A stretch of 64,000 nucleotides of DNA from Octopus vulgaris (Eukaryota), in contig OX597819.1 in NCBI GenBank assembly GCA_951406725.2, positions 29,760,001 through 29,824,000 on the forward strand. Direction: 5' to 3'. Positions 25,785 to 42,147 of the stretch are shown here, piece after piece. Position 1 is the stretch's first letter. Each line of letters starts with the position of its first letter. A model generated the notes under the pieces. The model saw only the letters and a program-made list of their open reading frames with translations, was not told the origin of the DNA and did no database searches. The position numbers and the translations under genes were made by a program.

Positions 25785-25856
25785 ATGCAGTACCGGTTTC
25801 AGATTTTTCAAAATACGTTTGCCAACGTATATTTGATTTATCTTCATCAGCTGCAT
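25785..25856 (-). ncRNA. Canonical-core type I hammerhead ribozyme, extended helix II, palindromic helix III
   Basis: Minus strand: ATGCAG-CTGATGA-AGAT aaa TCAAA t ATACGTT ggca AACGTAT TTTGA aaa ATCT-GAAA-CCGG-TA-CTGCAT. Confidence 0.88.
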
Positions 25857-26274
25857 ATACCTTGACAATATTTCAAATGTTGCCACATCTATGCCAGTAC
25901 ACTCGTCTGAACGCCAAAACGTTAACAGAACGAGAACAGTGAAGAAGTTTCAATGAAAATGGTAATGCAATACGAGAGTATTGCTTTCCAGTAAAGGATA
26001 GCCCGTGAGGGTAAAATTATACATATAAAGTAAATAAATGGCCCAACGAAGCACCGATATTTACTGGAAAATAGCGAACGTAATAAATACGACATTTCTA
26101 GGTTTTTCATTTTTCAGATGTTCTTCCTAGAGGTAAGACAATTTTTTTCATGTTTGTTGCACACACGCATCTTTACTAGTACATACGCAGTGAAGCTATA
26201 CATTACTGGAAAGCAATACTCTCGTATTGCATTACTATTTTCATTATATATATATATATATATATATATATGGA

Positions 26275-26810
26275 AAAAAAGTCAAGACAGAAAATGTTGA
26301 AATAATTTTATAAAAAACATATCAGTACCGGTTTCAGTCATTGAGACTTTTTCAACTGTAACAATTAAATAATTAAATTTAGAAAAAATTAAAAGACAAG
26401 TTTTTTTTAGAAGAATATTTGTATAGTATTCAAATACAAGTGGCATTTTCCTTGTTTCTGTCTGCCTCTGTTTCTCTTGTTTACTCTTGTGGGTTCGAGG
26501 TCGTTGTGAGTTCTTGGTAGGGAAGAAGAAGAAGAAGGAGGGGAAGAAGAAGAAGAATTTTGGAGTGCCATGATAGTAGTATTTTGAATGATCAGTGGAT
26601 GGTAACAGTCGCTGTTCAATTCATGAAAATATTTCTTTTGAATGTTTTGTTTATAGAATTTGCGTAGGTGCTATTCTAAACAGCATTAGTGATAAAGTTA
26701 GGAAGGAGAAAGAAGGAGACGAAGAAGAAGAAGAAGAAGAAGAAGAAGAAGAAAGAGAAGGGAGAATAAGAATGTATGGAGGTAGTATGAAAGTAGTAAG
26801 GTGTTAAATG
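26275..26810 (-). mobile_element. 3' end of a Penelope-like element (GIY-YIG C-terminal relic plus pLTR)
   Basis: GKCHLYLNTIQIFF resembles the PLE C-terminal CxLCL motif. It is followed by a hammerhead-like motif and a (TA)n junction. Confidence 0.5.
26323..26358 (-). ncRNA. Hammerhead-like motif with variant core (TTGAAAA)
   Basis: Minus strand CAG-TTGAAAA-AGTC tcaat GACT-GAAA-CCGG-TA-CTG. Confidence 0.55.
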
Positions 26811-26849
26811 ACTTAAAATTGGCACGTTATGGATTATAGCAGTGATTGG

Positions 26850-27130
26850 GACTGTTTTTTTAATGAATTCTTGATAACCCTAGACACCATGATGTTGACT
26901 AGATGTCTGATTTTTATCACTCTCAGAAATGCACTATTCTCAGATTGCCATCGAAACACTCTGTAATGTTCGTATTGGAGTTTCGGGCGCGAATGCCAAG
27001 CAGTATCGCATGTCGTTTCCAAATTTCTGGTAGAGTGAATTGAGTCATGGTGCTGTTTTTTTCTCACAGCGGGTGCCCAACCGACCCTACTATACTTTGT
27101 AGTTGACACAATCAAAAACAAACAATATGT
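26850..27130 (-). pseudogene. N-terminal relic of a maT (DD37D)-like Tc1/mariner transposase
   Basis: MTQFTLPEIWKRHAILLGIRARNSNTNITECFDGNLRIV resembles the maT HTH N-terminus. Confidence 0.45.
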
Positions 27131-27689
27131 ATGCACGAAATTAAAAATAGAAAATGGCGACAATTTACCCTTCGCACTCTATGTGTGTGTGTGTGTGTGT
27201 GTGTTTGTGTTTGTGTATGTGTGTGTGAGAGAGAGATTGTAAGTGAAACCACGTGGCTGGATGTATAAAACATAAAATAGAGTGAAAAAAAATTCAAGAA
27301 GGCTTGTGTTATATGTTTAAAGAATATATTTAAATCGTTATATTAGAAAAATGTAATAAAATTTTGCGTATAGTAACATTGTTTTTGGAGAATTAACCGC
27401 TTTTGTATTTTTTTTTCAAATTTCTTTACCTATATTGTGTCATGTCTTCGTTACGTTGTGAAATAAGGATTTCTAGACAGGGGAATGTAATCAGGAATTT
27501 TTTCGGTATAAGGGAGATAATTAACCTTCGATTAATATAATAAATACTGGTAACGCAGCTAATAGATTACACAATAAAGATATACTGAATAAAAATAACC
27601 AACATACAAATAGCATAGTAGAAATGAAAAAGATAGACCTGAAGACTAACGCTGATCCTATACTGACAATGACAACATAAACACACATA

Positions 27690-28172
27690 CCGTAAATCCT
27701 CGAGTATAATCCACACTTTTTTTCCCAAAATTTAACGGTCAAAATCCCTAGTGCGTGCTATATACGAGGTTAAAAATGAAAATTATTTTCTAAGCAATGT
27801 CCGAGTCTCTATTTGCTGTCCGGCAATATTTATTTAGACGCATTTTGTGATGTCGGGCGCGAAAATACCTTAAATCATCCATAACTTGCAGTTAGTAACA
27901 TTTATTAAACGTTATTACTGTTATTTCTTTATTTTCTGCAAACATAATGCACAAAAAAGCTACACGTTTGCATTATGTTATATATACAATAATAATGAAG
28001 GACGTAACCGTATACATTTTTTACAAACCAAGAACGTTATATAGACCTCCTTGACTCAAGTTAGAGAAGGGGTGCGTATTATATACAAGGTTTAGGTTTT
28101 TCAGAGGTACAGCTCCCTAAAAAATCCCCTGCGTATTATACTCAAGGGAGGACTATACTCGAGGATTTACTG
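27690..28172. mobile_element. pogo/Tc2-type MITE
   Basis: TA|CCGTAAATCCTCGAGTATA ... TATACTCGAGGATTTACTG, with subterminal GCGTATTATA repeats. Confidence 0.8.
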
Positions 28173-28303
28173 TTTATTACACTCCAAGCATACCAAACCC
28201 AAAGCAAGTTATGACCAGAATCAGAAAAATATAAGTGCTATATCAGCCTCCGTCAAGGTCAATAAGAACATGAGTCCATACAATAATAATGGTAACTGTA
28301 GCA

Positions 28304-28557
28304 CTTTTTTGCGCCCTTTTAAAGCCTAGCCAGGCTCATGGGCCCGGTTTTCCGGTTTCTATGGCGCATGTGTTCCCCAGCTGGACGGGACGCCAGTCCA
28401 TCGCAGCATTACTCATTTTTGCCATCTGAGTAGACTGGAGCAACGTGAAATGAAGTGTTTTGCTCAAGAACACAACGCGTCGCCCGGTCCAGGAATCGAA
28501 ACCACAATCTTACGATCATGATGCTGACACCGTAACCACTAAGCCACGCGCCTCCAC
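28304..28557 (-). mobile_element. tRNA-derived SINE with 10-bp TSD
   Basis: TSD AACTGTAGCA at 28294 and 28558; tRNA-like head; same family as 38735-39007. Confidence 0.85.
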
Positions 28558-28616
28558 AACTGTAGCATTATTTACAATATAAAATGAAATAAAAGTTATA
28601 TATCTTATACAAAATC

Positions 28617-28907
28617 GGTACTATTTAAGAAGAGTGGTCCCGGTGCGCGCACTCACGTACTCGCGCATCCGCGCTAGCTAGTCGTGACTAGTCGATCCTA
28701 AAACGACTACCTAGCAAAGTAAAAACACAAAATGAATATTTTTTTAAACAAAGTAAATAAAACACAAAAACACAAAATAAATAATTTTTCAAACAACGTA
28801 GATAAAACACAAAAATACAAAGTAAGGATCGCCTAGTCACGACTAGCTAGCGCGGATGCGCATGTACGCGAGTGCGCGCACCGGGACCACTCTTCTTAAA
28901 TAGTACC
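28617..28907. mobile_element. Mutator-like MITE with GC-rich TIRs of about 85 bp
   Basis: GGTACTATTTAAGAAGAGTGGTCCCGGTGCGCGCAC... and its reverse complement; 9-bp TSD TACAAAATC / TACAGAATC. Confidence 0.85.
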
Positions 28908-29319
28908 TACAGAATCTACTATAGCAAAATCATAATCTAACTTCTGGTAGTAATAAAATAAAGGAGAATATTATTTAGCTGATATTGCTCTTCGCTAAGT
29001 AAGTAAAAAAACAAACTTAATTAGAGTTATGCGTCGAATAATAATAAACAAAGACTTCTCTCGTAATATAACCAAATATAGTGACATAATTCAGAGTTGA
29101 AATTTCAGTTATGGTCATTCCGTTTCTCGTAATTAGTTTAGATGTATACCTTCTATGAATTCTGCTAAATTAGATAATTTTTATTCTTTCCCAGAATAAT
29201 AATAAAAAAGAAATAATGTACCACTTATACCAGAGTCACGATATCCGAATAAAAACAATTAAGGGGAGATTACTGTCCATAACTTACTTGTAAATTCTTG
29301 TGATAATCTGAGTAAGTTT

Positions 29320-29720
29320 TGCGACTGCAGGGTTAAAGAACAATGTAAATTAAATAATTATTGCAAACGGAAGAATTTAGTATACCAAGCTATAATCGAA
29401 GCTGAAGATAAACACTTTTTCTATATTGGTTCGACGAAATCTTATATGAAAATCCGTCTGGTTAACCACGAATATACTTTTAAGAACTTTGGTAAAAGTT
29501 CTTCGTCTAACCTTAGTAAATTCGTCTGGAAATTAAAAGACAGTAATATCAGTTTTAAAATTAGATGGAAGATTATATTTTCTTCAAAATCTTACCACCC
29601 ATCCACCAGAAAGAAATTGTTAACTCTGCACATCGGAACGCGATAATGTTCTTTTTTCTAGAAATAAATTATTAAACGCGATAGTTGAAAAGTTCTCCCC
29701 ATACCTATACACTCCAAAAT
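29320..29720 (+). pseudogene. Penelope-like GIY-YIG endonuclease relic (CxCR..C..C linker, Nematis-like)
   Basis: CDCRVKEQCKLNNYCKRKNLVYQAIIEAEDKHFFYIGST..KIRLVNH..LSKFVWKLK..IRWKI. Confidence 0.75.
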
Positions 29721-29871
29721 ATCTATTTGAAAAAATATCATTAATAATTCTGTAATTATTAATATCACCTATTGTTAGGTTCATTATTAACCATTAATAT
29801 TTTACTCAATTTGAAACTGAACTAATTAGATCTTTATTAGAACCAAAATTTATTTCTACAATTTTATACAT

Positions 29872-31102
29872 TAGGCTTTTGCGTGGGTTGTTATGGAGAG
29901 ATATTTTGGGAAAAGGTTTATTGATAAAATTTGGGGTTATGTTATTGTGTATGTATGTTGCATATACATACACAGATATACAAATATATAAATATATACT
30001 GGTACATACGCACAAGCGTGTATCAACACAAATTATATAGCTATACTTATACATATATAGACTCTTTGTCAAAAATATATATTTATTAACTAAATACTAT
30101 CAGAAAAGATAAGTTGTTATCTTGCCTAAATATACTTATTTCTTAAATTTATTTCTAACACATGCATAAGTTATGTATATCGTTTTATTCCAAGAATTAT
30201 TCAATCCTATTTCTTTTTTAATATATATAAATAATATTCCCTTACCTATACATTTATTGCATATCCGTTATTTCTTTCATACTTTTCCAGAGTAAAGTAA
30301 ATTATTGTATAATTCATATTCGTTTAGTTAACTTTAAATTTAAGTATCAATACTCGGTTTAGCTACTAAATAGTTCCAATCTACTTTAGCAATGAATCGA
30401 GCAGAATACATAAATATAGATAATCTGTTTTTCTTCATATTACATATGCTATTCATTCTTATACTGAAATAATCTCCAATTTACATATTTGTATAGCGAA
30501 TAAATGATAATTACAAGCATATTATACTACCTTATAACATATACCCCAATACATGCTCCCACATACTCTACTACTTTTTATTTCATCATATTATAGTTTG
30601 TTTTTCCCTCTTCACCCCCTCGTTCAACCTTTTTTTTTTGACATCTTAACCCTTAACCGAACAATTCTAAATATTAAACACCCCATAACATAACCGTAAC
30701 AACTTATCTTTTCTGATAGTATTTAGTTAATAAATATATATTTTTGACAAAGAGTCTATATATGTATTAGTATAGCTAAATAATTTGTATTGATACACGC
30801 TTGTGTGTATGTACCACTATATATGTATACACTACACCTGATTCTCTCCCCTCCATACACACGCAAGCATGCATCTGACTCATACACTGTTCGCTTTCCA
30901 GACCTTTGTACATTACAGCATACACTTTATACGCACTTTCTGACAAGTTGTGGTGCAACTGAGCACTGTATACAATAATTACATTATTATTTGTATATCT
31001 GTGTATGTATATGCAACATACATACACAATGACATAACCCCAAATTTGATCAATAAACCTTTTTTCAAAATATCTCTCCATAACAACCCACGCAAAAACC
31101 TA
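29872..31102. repeat. Inverted repeat with arms of about 250 bp in the PLE 3' region; right arm interrupted by a ~150-bp insertion (about 30825-30980)
   Basis: 29872-30120 is reverse complementary to 30697-31102 apart from the insertion. Confidence 0.85.
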
Positions 31103-31172
31103 TTTACCACTCCAATGAAAACCACACATCCAAATGAGATTTTAACTCGACAAAGACTATCTTCAGTGCATC

Positions 31173-31217
31173 ACAGTCCGACGATGACTTAACTATCCGA
31201 AACTTCGAAGTCGCTGT
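31173..31217 (+). ncRNA. Type I hammerhead motif (CCGACGA core) with palindromic helix III, in the pLTR downstream of the GIY-YIG relic
   Basis: ACAGT-CCGACGA-TGA..TCC-GAAA-CTTCGAAG-TC-GCTGT. ACTTCGAAGT is a palindrome; helix II is weak. Confidence 0.65.
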
Positions 31218-31259
31218 CAACAATATTCTTGTTTAAGAATTACACACACAGATAGATAG

Positions 31260-31307
<48 letters not shown>

Positions 31308-31619
31308 ACACACATATGTTGCAAACATTAGAAATACTTAAACGTTACTGTTAAGGACGAACTTGACAAGAAACTTTTCAAAATTAGAAGCCTGTAGGTC
31401 ACCACTTCAGATTTACGAAAATAATTGATCCAGTGTTCTGTTTACACAGAATTAATACCTCATACGAATTAATAGCTTGTATTCTGGAAGCTCTAATTAC
31501 CTAAATGGTAATTAGAGGTTTCCATTCATCTGGACAACGGTGTGGTCGTGCAGATGGGAAATATATATAAAGCAACCTTACCTCGCCTGCTTTTACACTG
31601 AATAGCAAAGACTCCTGCC

Positions 31620-33612
<1,993 letters not shown>

Positions 33613-34766
33613 CAAGCGCATGTCTAACTCAGAATTTCCTTGATATGATTTTCTAATGCCGACTATACTGTGGTTATCATCAAGCTGGAGAATGAAAGAA
33701 AAAGCTCTAAGGTAAGCTGAAAATAATTTTGTAAAGAAGTTCAAGAGCGTCACATCCTGAGTTTTACTGTTGGAGATGAGGGTCGAAGATGTACTCACAA
33801 CATTATCAAGTAAAGTGAGAAAAGAGGCACGTATGCTGAGCGTACACATAACCTCAGCAACAGGACACGTTAAAGTTTGTGTCCGAAACTACACATCGTG
33901 TGCATGTCGATGGAAGATGCATACTCATAAAAGGCTCCATAAATTATGATGATCATCACTAGATGAAGATAAGCAAATTAGCATGGATGTCTTAGTTTGT
34001 GTGAGTGTTTGTATAGTGTGCGTTTGTGTATGTTTGTGAGTATACATTTACATATAAATAGTGTGTACCTGGCGTATAGGCGCATGTATAAGTCTCTGTT
34101 TGCATGCATTTGTGTGCGTGTGTGTGTGCGTGTGTGTGCGTGCATTTTTGTACGTGTATATGTGGGTGTATGTTAGTGAGTTCTTATGTCTTTTAATATG
34201 ATTTCATATCGAATTATTCAAAAGAAAGAAGTTAAGAATTACATTTGGCATTCTTCAAAAAACTATTCACTTCAGTTTCAATGATTTATCGAATTTCTTC
34301 CTGAAAAATATTTCCTATATTTCTTAGTCATCCAGAGTTTTTGGAGATATTCGATACCCAAAATGTACACATACTTTTGGAAAACTAACTTGATTCTCCG
34401 ATCGTCGTTCAAAATCATCACCAGAAAAGAAGACAAAAAAGAAATCCATTTATATTTAACTAGCAGTATAATTTGCCAATCGATTCCTTAAGCTTTTCAT
34501 CAGCCAATTTTCTTCATTCAGGCCTGTGAAGATTAGTTTTTCAAAATTTGATCAATATTTTATAAGTTGTTGGAAGATATTTACGTATACAGTTATTGAT
34601 ATGATAATATATACGATTTCAGTAAATATATTTTTACTTTTGGTTATGATATATTTTTATAGTTAGTGATATGATAAGTATGAGAAAGATGTAGTTGAAT
34701 GAATTAGAATTTTTTATACACACACAGGTTGGCTTTTAACTGTTCTCTCAATTTAATTAAATGGTT

Positions 34767-34797
<31 letters not shown>

Positions 34798-34909
34798 TTG
34801 TGTATGTATGTATGTATGTAAGTATATATATATATATATATATATGTGTATGTACTATGTAAGTATATATATATGCGTGTATATATATACATACATACAT
34901 GTACATACA

Positions 34910-34976
<67 letters not shown>

Positions 34977-35489
34977 GTATGTATGTATGTATATATGGGG
35001 TGTGTATAATACTTGCAATGTTGTCCCACTTGATTAAGGGTTGACATATCCCTGTCTGTGTCATATCGTACGTATGTAGGGCAACTAAATGAATTAAAAA
35101 AAGCATGATATCTGGTCATACTTCATTGCAAGTGAAGGATGTATGTATGTATGTATGTATGTATGTATGTATGTATGCACATATGCATGTATGTATGCTT
35201 GCATGCATGTAAATATGTTTTGTTTGGGATATGTTTTAACATTTTCCTTTGCAGTATTCAAGTTGGTCATTTGCGAAGGGGTAAGGCTCTTTTGATTTAG
35301 TCAAGGCATGCTTTGGGGCTTGTAGCTATCTGAACTTTTGATGTATGGATATATGCATGCGTGTTGAGCGTTTGTGTTTGTGCGAGAACATACTTGCACT
35401 TGTGGGTGTGCGTGTCACAACAGAACACATATCTGTGTGTTTCTGTATCCAATATGCATATGTGATTGTTTGCATATGCTTATCCAGGA

Positions 35490-36230
35490 ACTTCAAACGT
35501 AGAATCTGTGAAATGCTTTTGCAAAATTTCACTGTAACTAAGATCGGTTGTATATGAAAAATCTGAATCAGTCTGCTCTGTTCGCTTTCGGGGAAGTTAG
35601 GCATTTTAAAGTTCCTATGCAGAACTGTTGTTATGAAGCCCAATGCACCTATGGTAATAGAAATTAATTTCTAGCCTGGATTTCTAGCTCAAATTTTCTC
35701 ATAATTTTTCCATAGATGTTATTATTTTTTCCCAATTTTTGAAAGGACATTAACATTTGCTTAACATGTAATTTCTACAAAAAAGCACGATTTTCACTCC
35801 CCACGCTATATAATCATATCTATCCTGTTGTGTTGACACTGGGTTGTTCTTTTTATTGGAAAGTTCCGCCAGGGGTTTTTAGTGTGCCTTTGGCATGACC
35901 GACAAGACAATCATTTTATGCATAGCATTGCAAACTGTCTTGGCGATGATTTATTACCTCATGAGAGGTAGTATCTTGTTGACATGTTCGGGCAGCTTCT
36001 GATCTTACAGGTGATATCTTCTACATAGATATGGCAAAATCGATACTTCCTATCATGTATTCAATAGCTGTCTCTTGCACATGGGTAGCAAAGACACAGT
36101 CTGTTCACTGAGTGACAACTTAAAGGAATTATTTGAATTTTTGTTTGCATCTAATTTCAAATACACTGCTAACGCTTCTCATTGATTTTTCTTCATAAAT
36201 TTTTGTATTAATGCTAACTAAATTATTATT
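35490..36230 (-). pseudogene. 3' relic of an RLE-type non-LTR element (R4/Dong/NeSL-like)
   Basis: Zinc-knuckle relic EDITCKIRSCPNMSTRYY; C-terminal IGALGFIT..SRLIQIFHIQPILVTVKFCK. Confidence 0.65.
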
Positions 36231-36242
36231 TTAGTCAACTAT

Positions 36243-36414
36243 AGGCGCAGGAGTGGCTGTGTGGTAAGTAGCTTGCTAACCAACCACATGGTTCCGGGTT
36301 CAGTCCCACTGCGTGGCATCTTGGGCAAGTGTCTTCTGCTATAGCCCCGGGCCGACCAAAGCCTTGTGAGTGGATTTGGTAGACGGAAACTGAAAGAAGC
36401 ATGTCGTATATATG

Positions 36415-36445
<31 letters not shown>

Positions 36446-36672
36446 ATGTTTGTGTGTCTGTGTTTGTCCCCCTAGCATTGCTTGACAACCGATGCTGGTG
36501 TGTTTACGTCCCCGTCACTTAGCGGTTCGGCAAAAGAGACCGATAGAATAAGTACTGGGCTGACAAAGAATAAGTTCCGGTGTTGATTTGCTCGACTAAA
36601 GGCGGTGCTCCAGCATGGCCGCAGTCAAATGACTGAAACAAGTAAAAGAGTAAAAGAGTAAAGAGTAAGAGT
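36243..36672 (+). mobile_element. Full-length Octopus-type tRNA-derived SINE with internal microsatellite
   Basis: GGCGCAGGAGTGGCTGTGTGGTAAG (A box)...GGTTCAGTCCC (B box); internal (TA)/(TG) tract; (AGTAAAAG)n tail; many copies in the window. Confidence 0.92.
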
Positions 36673-37309
36673 AATACTTTTCATCCACTCGCTGTGACTA
36701 TCGATCACACAAAACACTAATGAATTGTTGGGATTGCTTTAATTATCTATGCCCTCATCTGAAATGACAGGAGCCTTGTACCACTATTAAAAGACATTAT
36801 TCTTACGGACTGGCAGAATCAGTGGTGCGCCGGACAAAACGGTTTTGTCAATCTTCCTTACGGATGTCAATAAGATAAGAACTAGTCAAATATTGCATTC
36901 AATACAACTGACCAATTTTTTGACTCTAAAGTTTTGTCCTTATCTTTATGTTACTATTCTAGATTTTACGCTTTAAACGTGACTCAAAAGTGATTTTTTT
37001 CCTTCATTTTTTTTTGTTTATCTGTAAACTGTTCCTAATGTAAATTTGTCTTTCATTTCATGTTTTCTACCCCAACTGAAGATGAATAAATTGTTTATTT
37101 CTCCTTATATGACTTTTGAAATTTCTCACAAGTATATTTTTTAATGTTTAAACTTGGCATCTTTAATGGTGGTAGTCTGAGGAAACTGTTACAACAATGA
37201 TAATTTAAAGAGACTGTCACGTGGGAGGCTGTACGGAAAGACTGTGACATTGATGATAGTTCTGGGAGAGTGTTACAACAGTAATAGTGCTGGGTGACTG
37301 GCACAACTG

Positions 37310-37630
37310 GCACGCTGTCGGTTACAACGACGAGTGTTTCAGTTGATCTGATCAACGAAGCAGTCTGCTCATGAACCTAACGTGCAAATGGGGGAGCACT
37401 GCACAGACATGCGTACCCTTAACGCAGTTCTCAGGGAGATTCAGTGTGACGCAATGTGACACGGCCAGCCTTTTAAAAAACAGATACAACTCATTTCTTC
37501 AGATGAGTGGACTGGAACAACGTAAAATAAAGTGTCTTGCTCAAGGACACAACGCATTGCCAGGAATAGAACTCACGATCTTACAATCGTAAACCGAATT
37601 CACTAACCATTAAACCACGCACCTTCGCAG
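37310..37630 (-). mobile_element. Older tRNA-derived SINE copy
   Basis: Similar to 62870-63180 and 61369-61749. Confidence 0.7.
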
Positions 37631-38392
37631 GTGACTGATATAAGAGTGGTAGTTTTAGGAGACCGTCATAATGAAGGTAGTGTTACGAAAATTTCAAACA
37701 GGTAATGGAGTGAGGGAACTGTCACAATGGTGAGTGAGAGAAGATTGCCCAATTTTCATCGTTAACTGTCCAATTAAAAAAATATATATATTGCTGGATT
37801 TAGTGGGAAAGAGATTTGGCTGCTATTTCTGGCAGATGGGTATTGTTTAATGATATTAGTTTGGTTGGCAGAGTTCAAATTTTGTCGAAGTTGACTTTCA
37901 TTGACTGCACGGTCGAGAACATAGATACCAGTTATATATTAAGGCCAAGTTAATTGGTTCCACATCACCTCCTAACTCTCGAAATGTTTCTGGTATAGTG
38001 TCCACCACAAAAGTTATGCTTCATCTTTCTATCTTTTACTTGTTTTAGTCACTTGACTACGGCCATATCGAGGCACCACTCTGAAGGGATTTTAGTCAAA
38101 CAAATCGACACCAGGACTTAATTTTTTAAAGCTTCGTACATATTATTTCGGCCCCTTTTGCCGAAGTTATGGGGAGGTAAACAAACCAACATAGGTTGTC
38201 AGGCGACAGTAGAGGACAGAGACTCACAGACACACACACACACGTAAATATATATATATATATATATTAATAAATAAAGGTTGCAAAATAGCACCAGCGA
38301 TTGCTAAAAATAAGAGTCAAAATTAACTTTGAAAGCCACAAAAAACAGTAACCTCATTATATTTACCGGAAGCGGGCACAGCAAGCTAAAAC

Positions 38393-38440
38393 GCTTGATT
38401 TCGAAATTTAACCAATGAGGTCTTGTTTCTCTTCAGAAGC
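38393..38440 (-). ncRNA. Minimal hammerhead lacking helix III, in a pLTR-like module (about 38266-38560)
   Basis: Minus strand GCTT-CTGAAGA-GAAA...TTTC-GAAA-TC-AAGC. Confidence 0.65.
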
Positions 38441-38635
38441 ATCTACCAACTACTCAGGGTTAAAAGAGATAGTTAGTGAAAATAGAAAATTGTTGATGAG
38501 CAAGCGCCAGAATTCAAACGGTTAGATTGTATATTATCAATACAAAAAGATATTACAATGATAGATTAATATATATTAAGCACATTATAGTATGAGTGGC
38601 TCGCTAACAATTAAAAACCCAAAAGGTTTGTATTG

Positions 38636-39007
<372 letters not shown>

Positions 39008-39708
39008 TATAGTATGAGTGGCTCGCTAGCAAAAAACCAAAAAAGGTTAAAAACCAGAAAAGGTTTGTTTTGATATATATATATATATATACGTATACAA
39101 TAGGCTTATTTCTGTTTCTGTCTACGAAATTCACTCACAAAGCTTTAGTCAGCCCGATGCTATTGTAAAAAGCACTTGTCCAAGATGTCATGCAGCGGGA
39201 CTGAACCCGTACCTATGTGGTTGGGGGGCAAGCTTCTTACCACTCAGCCACACCTGTTTAACATTAATGAGAAAAATCGAGGAAATTAACCACCTAGCAT
39301 TTTTCCGACCAGCAGCCCTCAACCATTTAACATTATGAACAATTTTGATTCTCAGTGAATAAAGGGTTATGGAGATTGCATCATCATTCAGCAATGCTTT
39401 CCTTAAGATATTTAAATAAACGAATTTTCAAAAATTTAATAAAATTAATGTTTTGATTCATCTCTTCGAAACTGTCCGCAGTTTTTTTGTTTGCAGTAAA
39501 TGTTGTGTTGTGACCCCTATTCCTCCTATGGTTTATTGTGTGACTTATCAATATGAGATATAGGAGTTTATATTTGAAAACAAATCATGGGAGACTTGTG
39601 AAACAATATGGATTATAATGCCGCCGTTATAAAGCGGTTCGGGAAAAAAAGACCAAAAGAATAAGTACTACATCGATTTGTCCTCAGCAAGGCTGCATTA
39701 CATTGATG

Positions 39709-39794
<86 letters not shown>

Positions 39795-39796
<2 letters not shown>

Positions 39797-40078
39797 TATC
39801 AATAATAAAAGGGTAAAATCAATTAATTATTAATTAATTTCACCAAGTTGTGTGCAGTATGTAAAAGGACCATTTAAGGTATATTCAAAATATTACGTTA
39901 TATAATTAGGGCTCAGTAAAATAATTTACTTTACCACATACTGAAACTTTTAGAAATAGCAGCCAAAAAGGTTTTTAGCCATTTCTACTACTATAAGAAA
40001 AGTTTCCCAGATAGTGTTTATTATCCCAGATAGTATGTGGTAAAGTAAATTAGTTTACTGAGCCCTAATTATATAACG

Positions 40079-40084
<6 letters not shown>
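39795..40084. repeat. Short interspersed module with internal ~52-bp inverted repeat between two microsatellites; related copy at about 56665-56830
   Basis: 39890-39942 is reverse complementary to 40032-40084. Terminus ATCAATAATAAAAGGG matches the reverse complement of 56815-56830. Confidence 0.65.
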
Positions 40085-40134
<50 letters not shown>

Positions 40135-40349
40135 CACTAATAATAATGATTTCTACCATTAGTACATGACCATAACATGAAGGAAGGGGTACAGCCAACC
40201 TAATCAACTTCAGTATATAAATGATACAAATGTCATTTGAATTAAGACCATAAAGAGATGTAACTAACAGTAGAGATCAATTCAAAGTATGGTAACACTT
40301 AGAAATTATAAAATAAAAGTAATTGAAAATTAAGAGCAGTAAGAAAATA

Positions 40350-41481
<1,132 letters not shown>

Positions 41482-41486
41482 GTATA

Positions 41487-41567
<81 letters not shown>

Positions 41568-41568
41568 C

Positions 41569-41635
<67 letters not shown>

Positions 41636-41638
41636 CTT

Positions 41639-41675
<37 letters not shown>

Positions 41676-41873
41676 CATACATATATATAATAATAATAAT
41701 AATATATGAGGGAATATTATTCCAAAGTTAATTTGTAAGTCTGATACTTATAATAACGAGCTTTATTGCCGAATCACTAAGTCACGTGGACGTAAACAAA
41801 GCAACACTGGTTGCCAAGCGGTAGGTTGTGGACAAACAAAAATGCAAACACATGCACACACACGCATTACTTA

Positions 41874-41916
<43 letters not shown>

Positions 41917-42147
41917 CGGAGATGTACTTGCATAGCGAGTGACTTGATCTGAGATCGTGTGCTGGAACGAAAACAATTGCAGCGTGGAAGGTGTTTATAA
42001 GCCATTTAAGAAACACACAAAAAACCGTTAGATTCACTTCAACATTTAAATTTAATTTGCCAAAATATTTTCGTCGCTTTGAGACCGCGACCTTTTTACT
42101 TACAAAGCTTCGTGCTGCATCTCAGCACGAGATATATATATATATAT

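Noticed and set aside
36243-36315. tRNA-like sequences (also 11342, 28490-28557, 61680-61749)
   Set aside because: They are SINE heads followed by SINE bodies, in several cases with TSDs; no complete cloverleaf or terminator.
42056-42106. Hammerhead-like remnant (GTCGC/GCGAC helix + GAAA, minus strand) in a pLTR-like module
   Set aside because: The CUGAnGA core is unrecognisable (GTAAAAAG), so it is not counted as a ribozyme.
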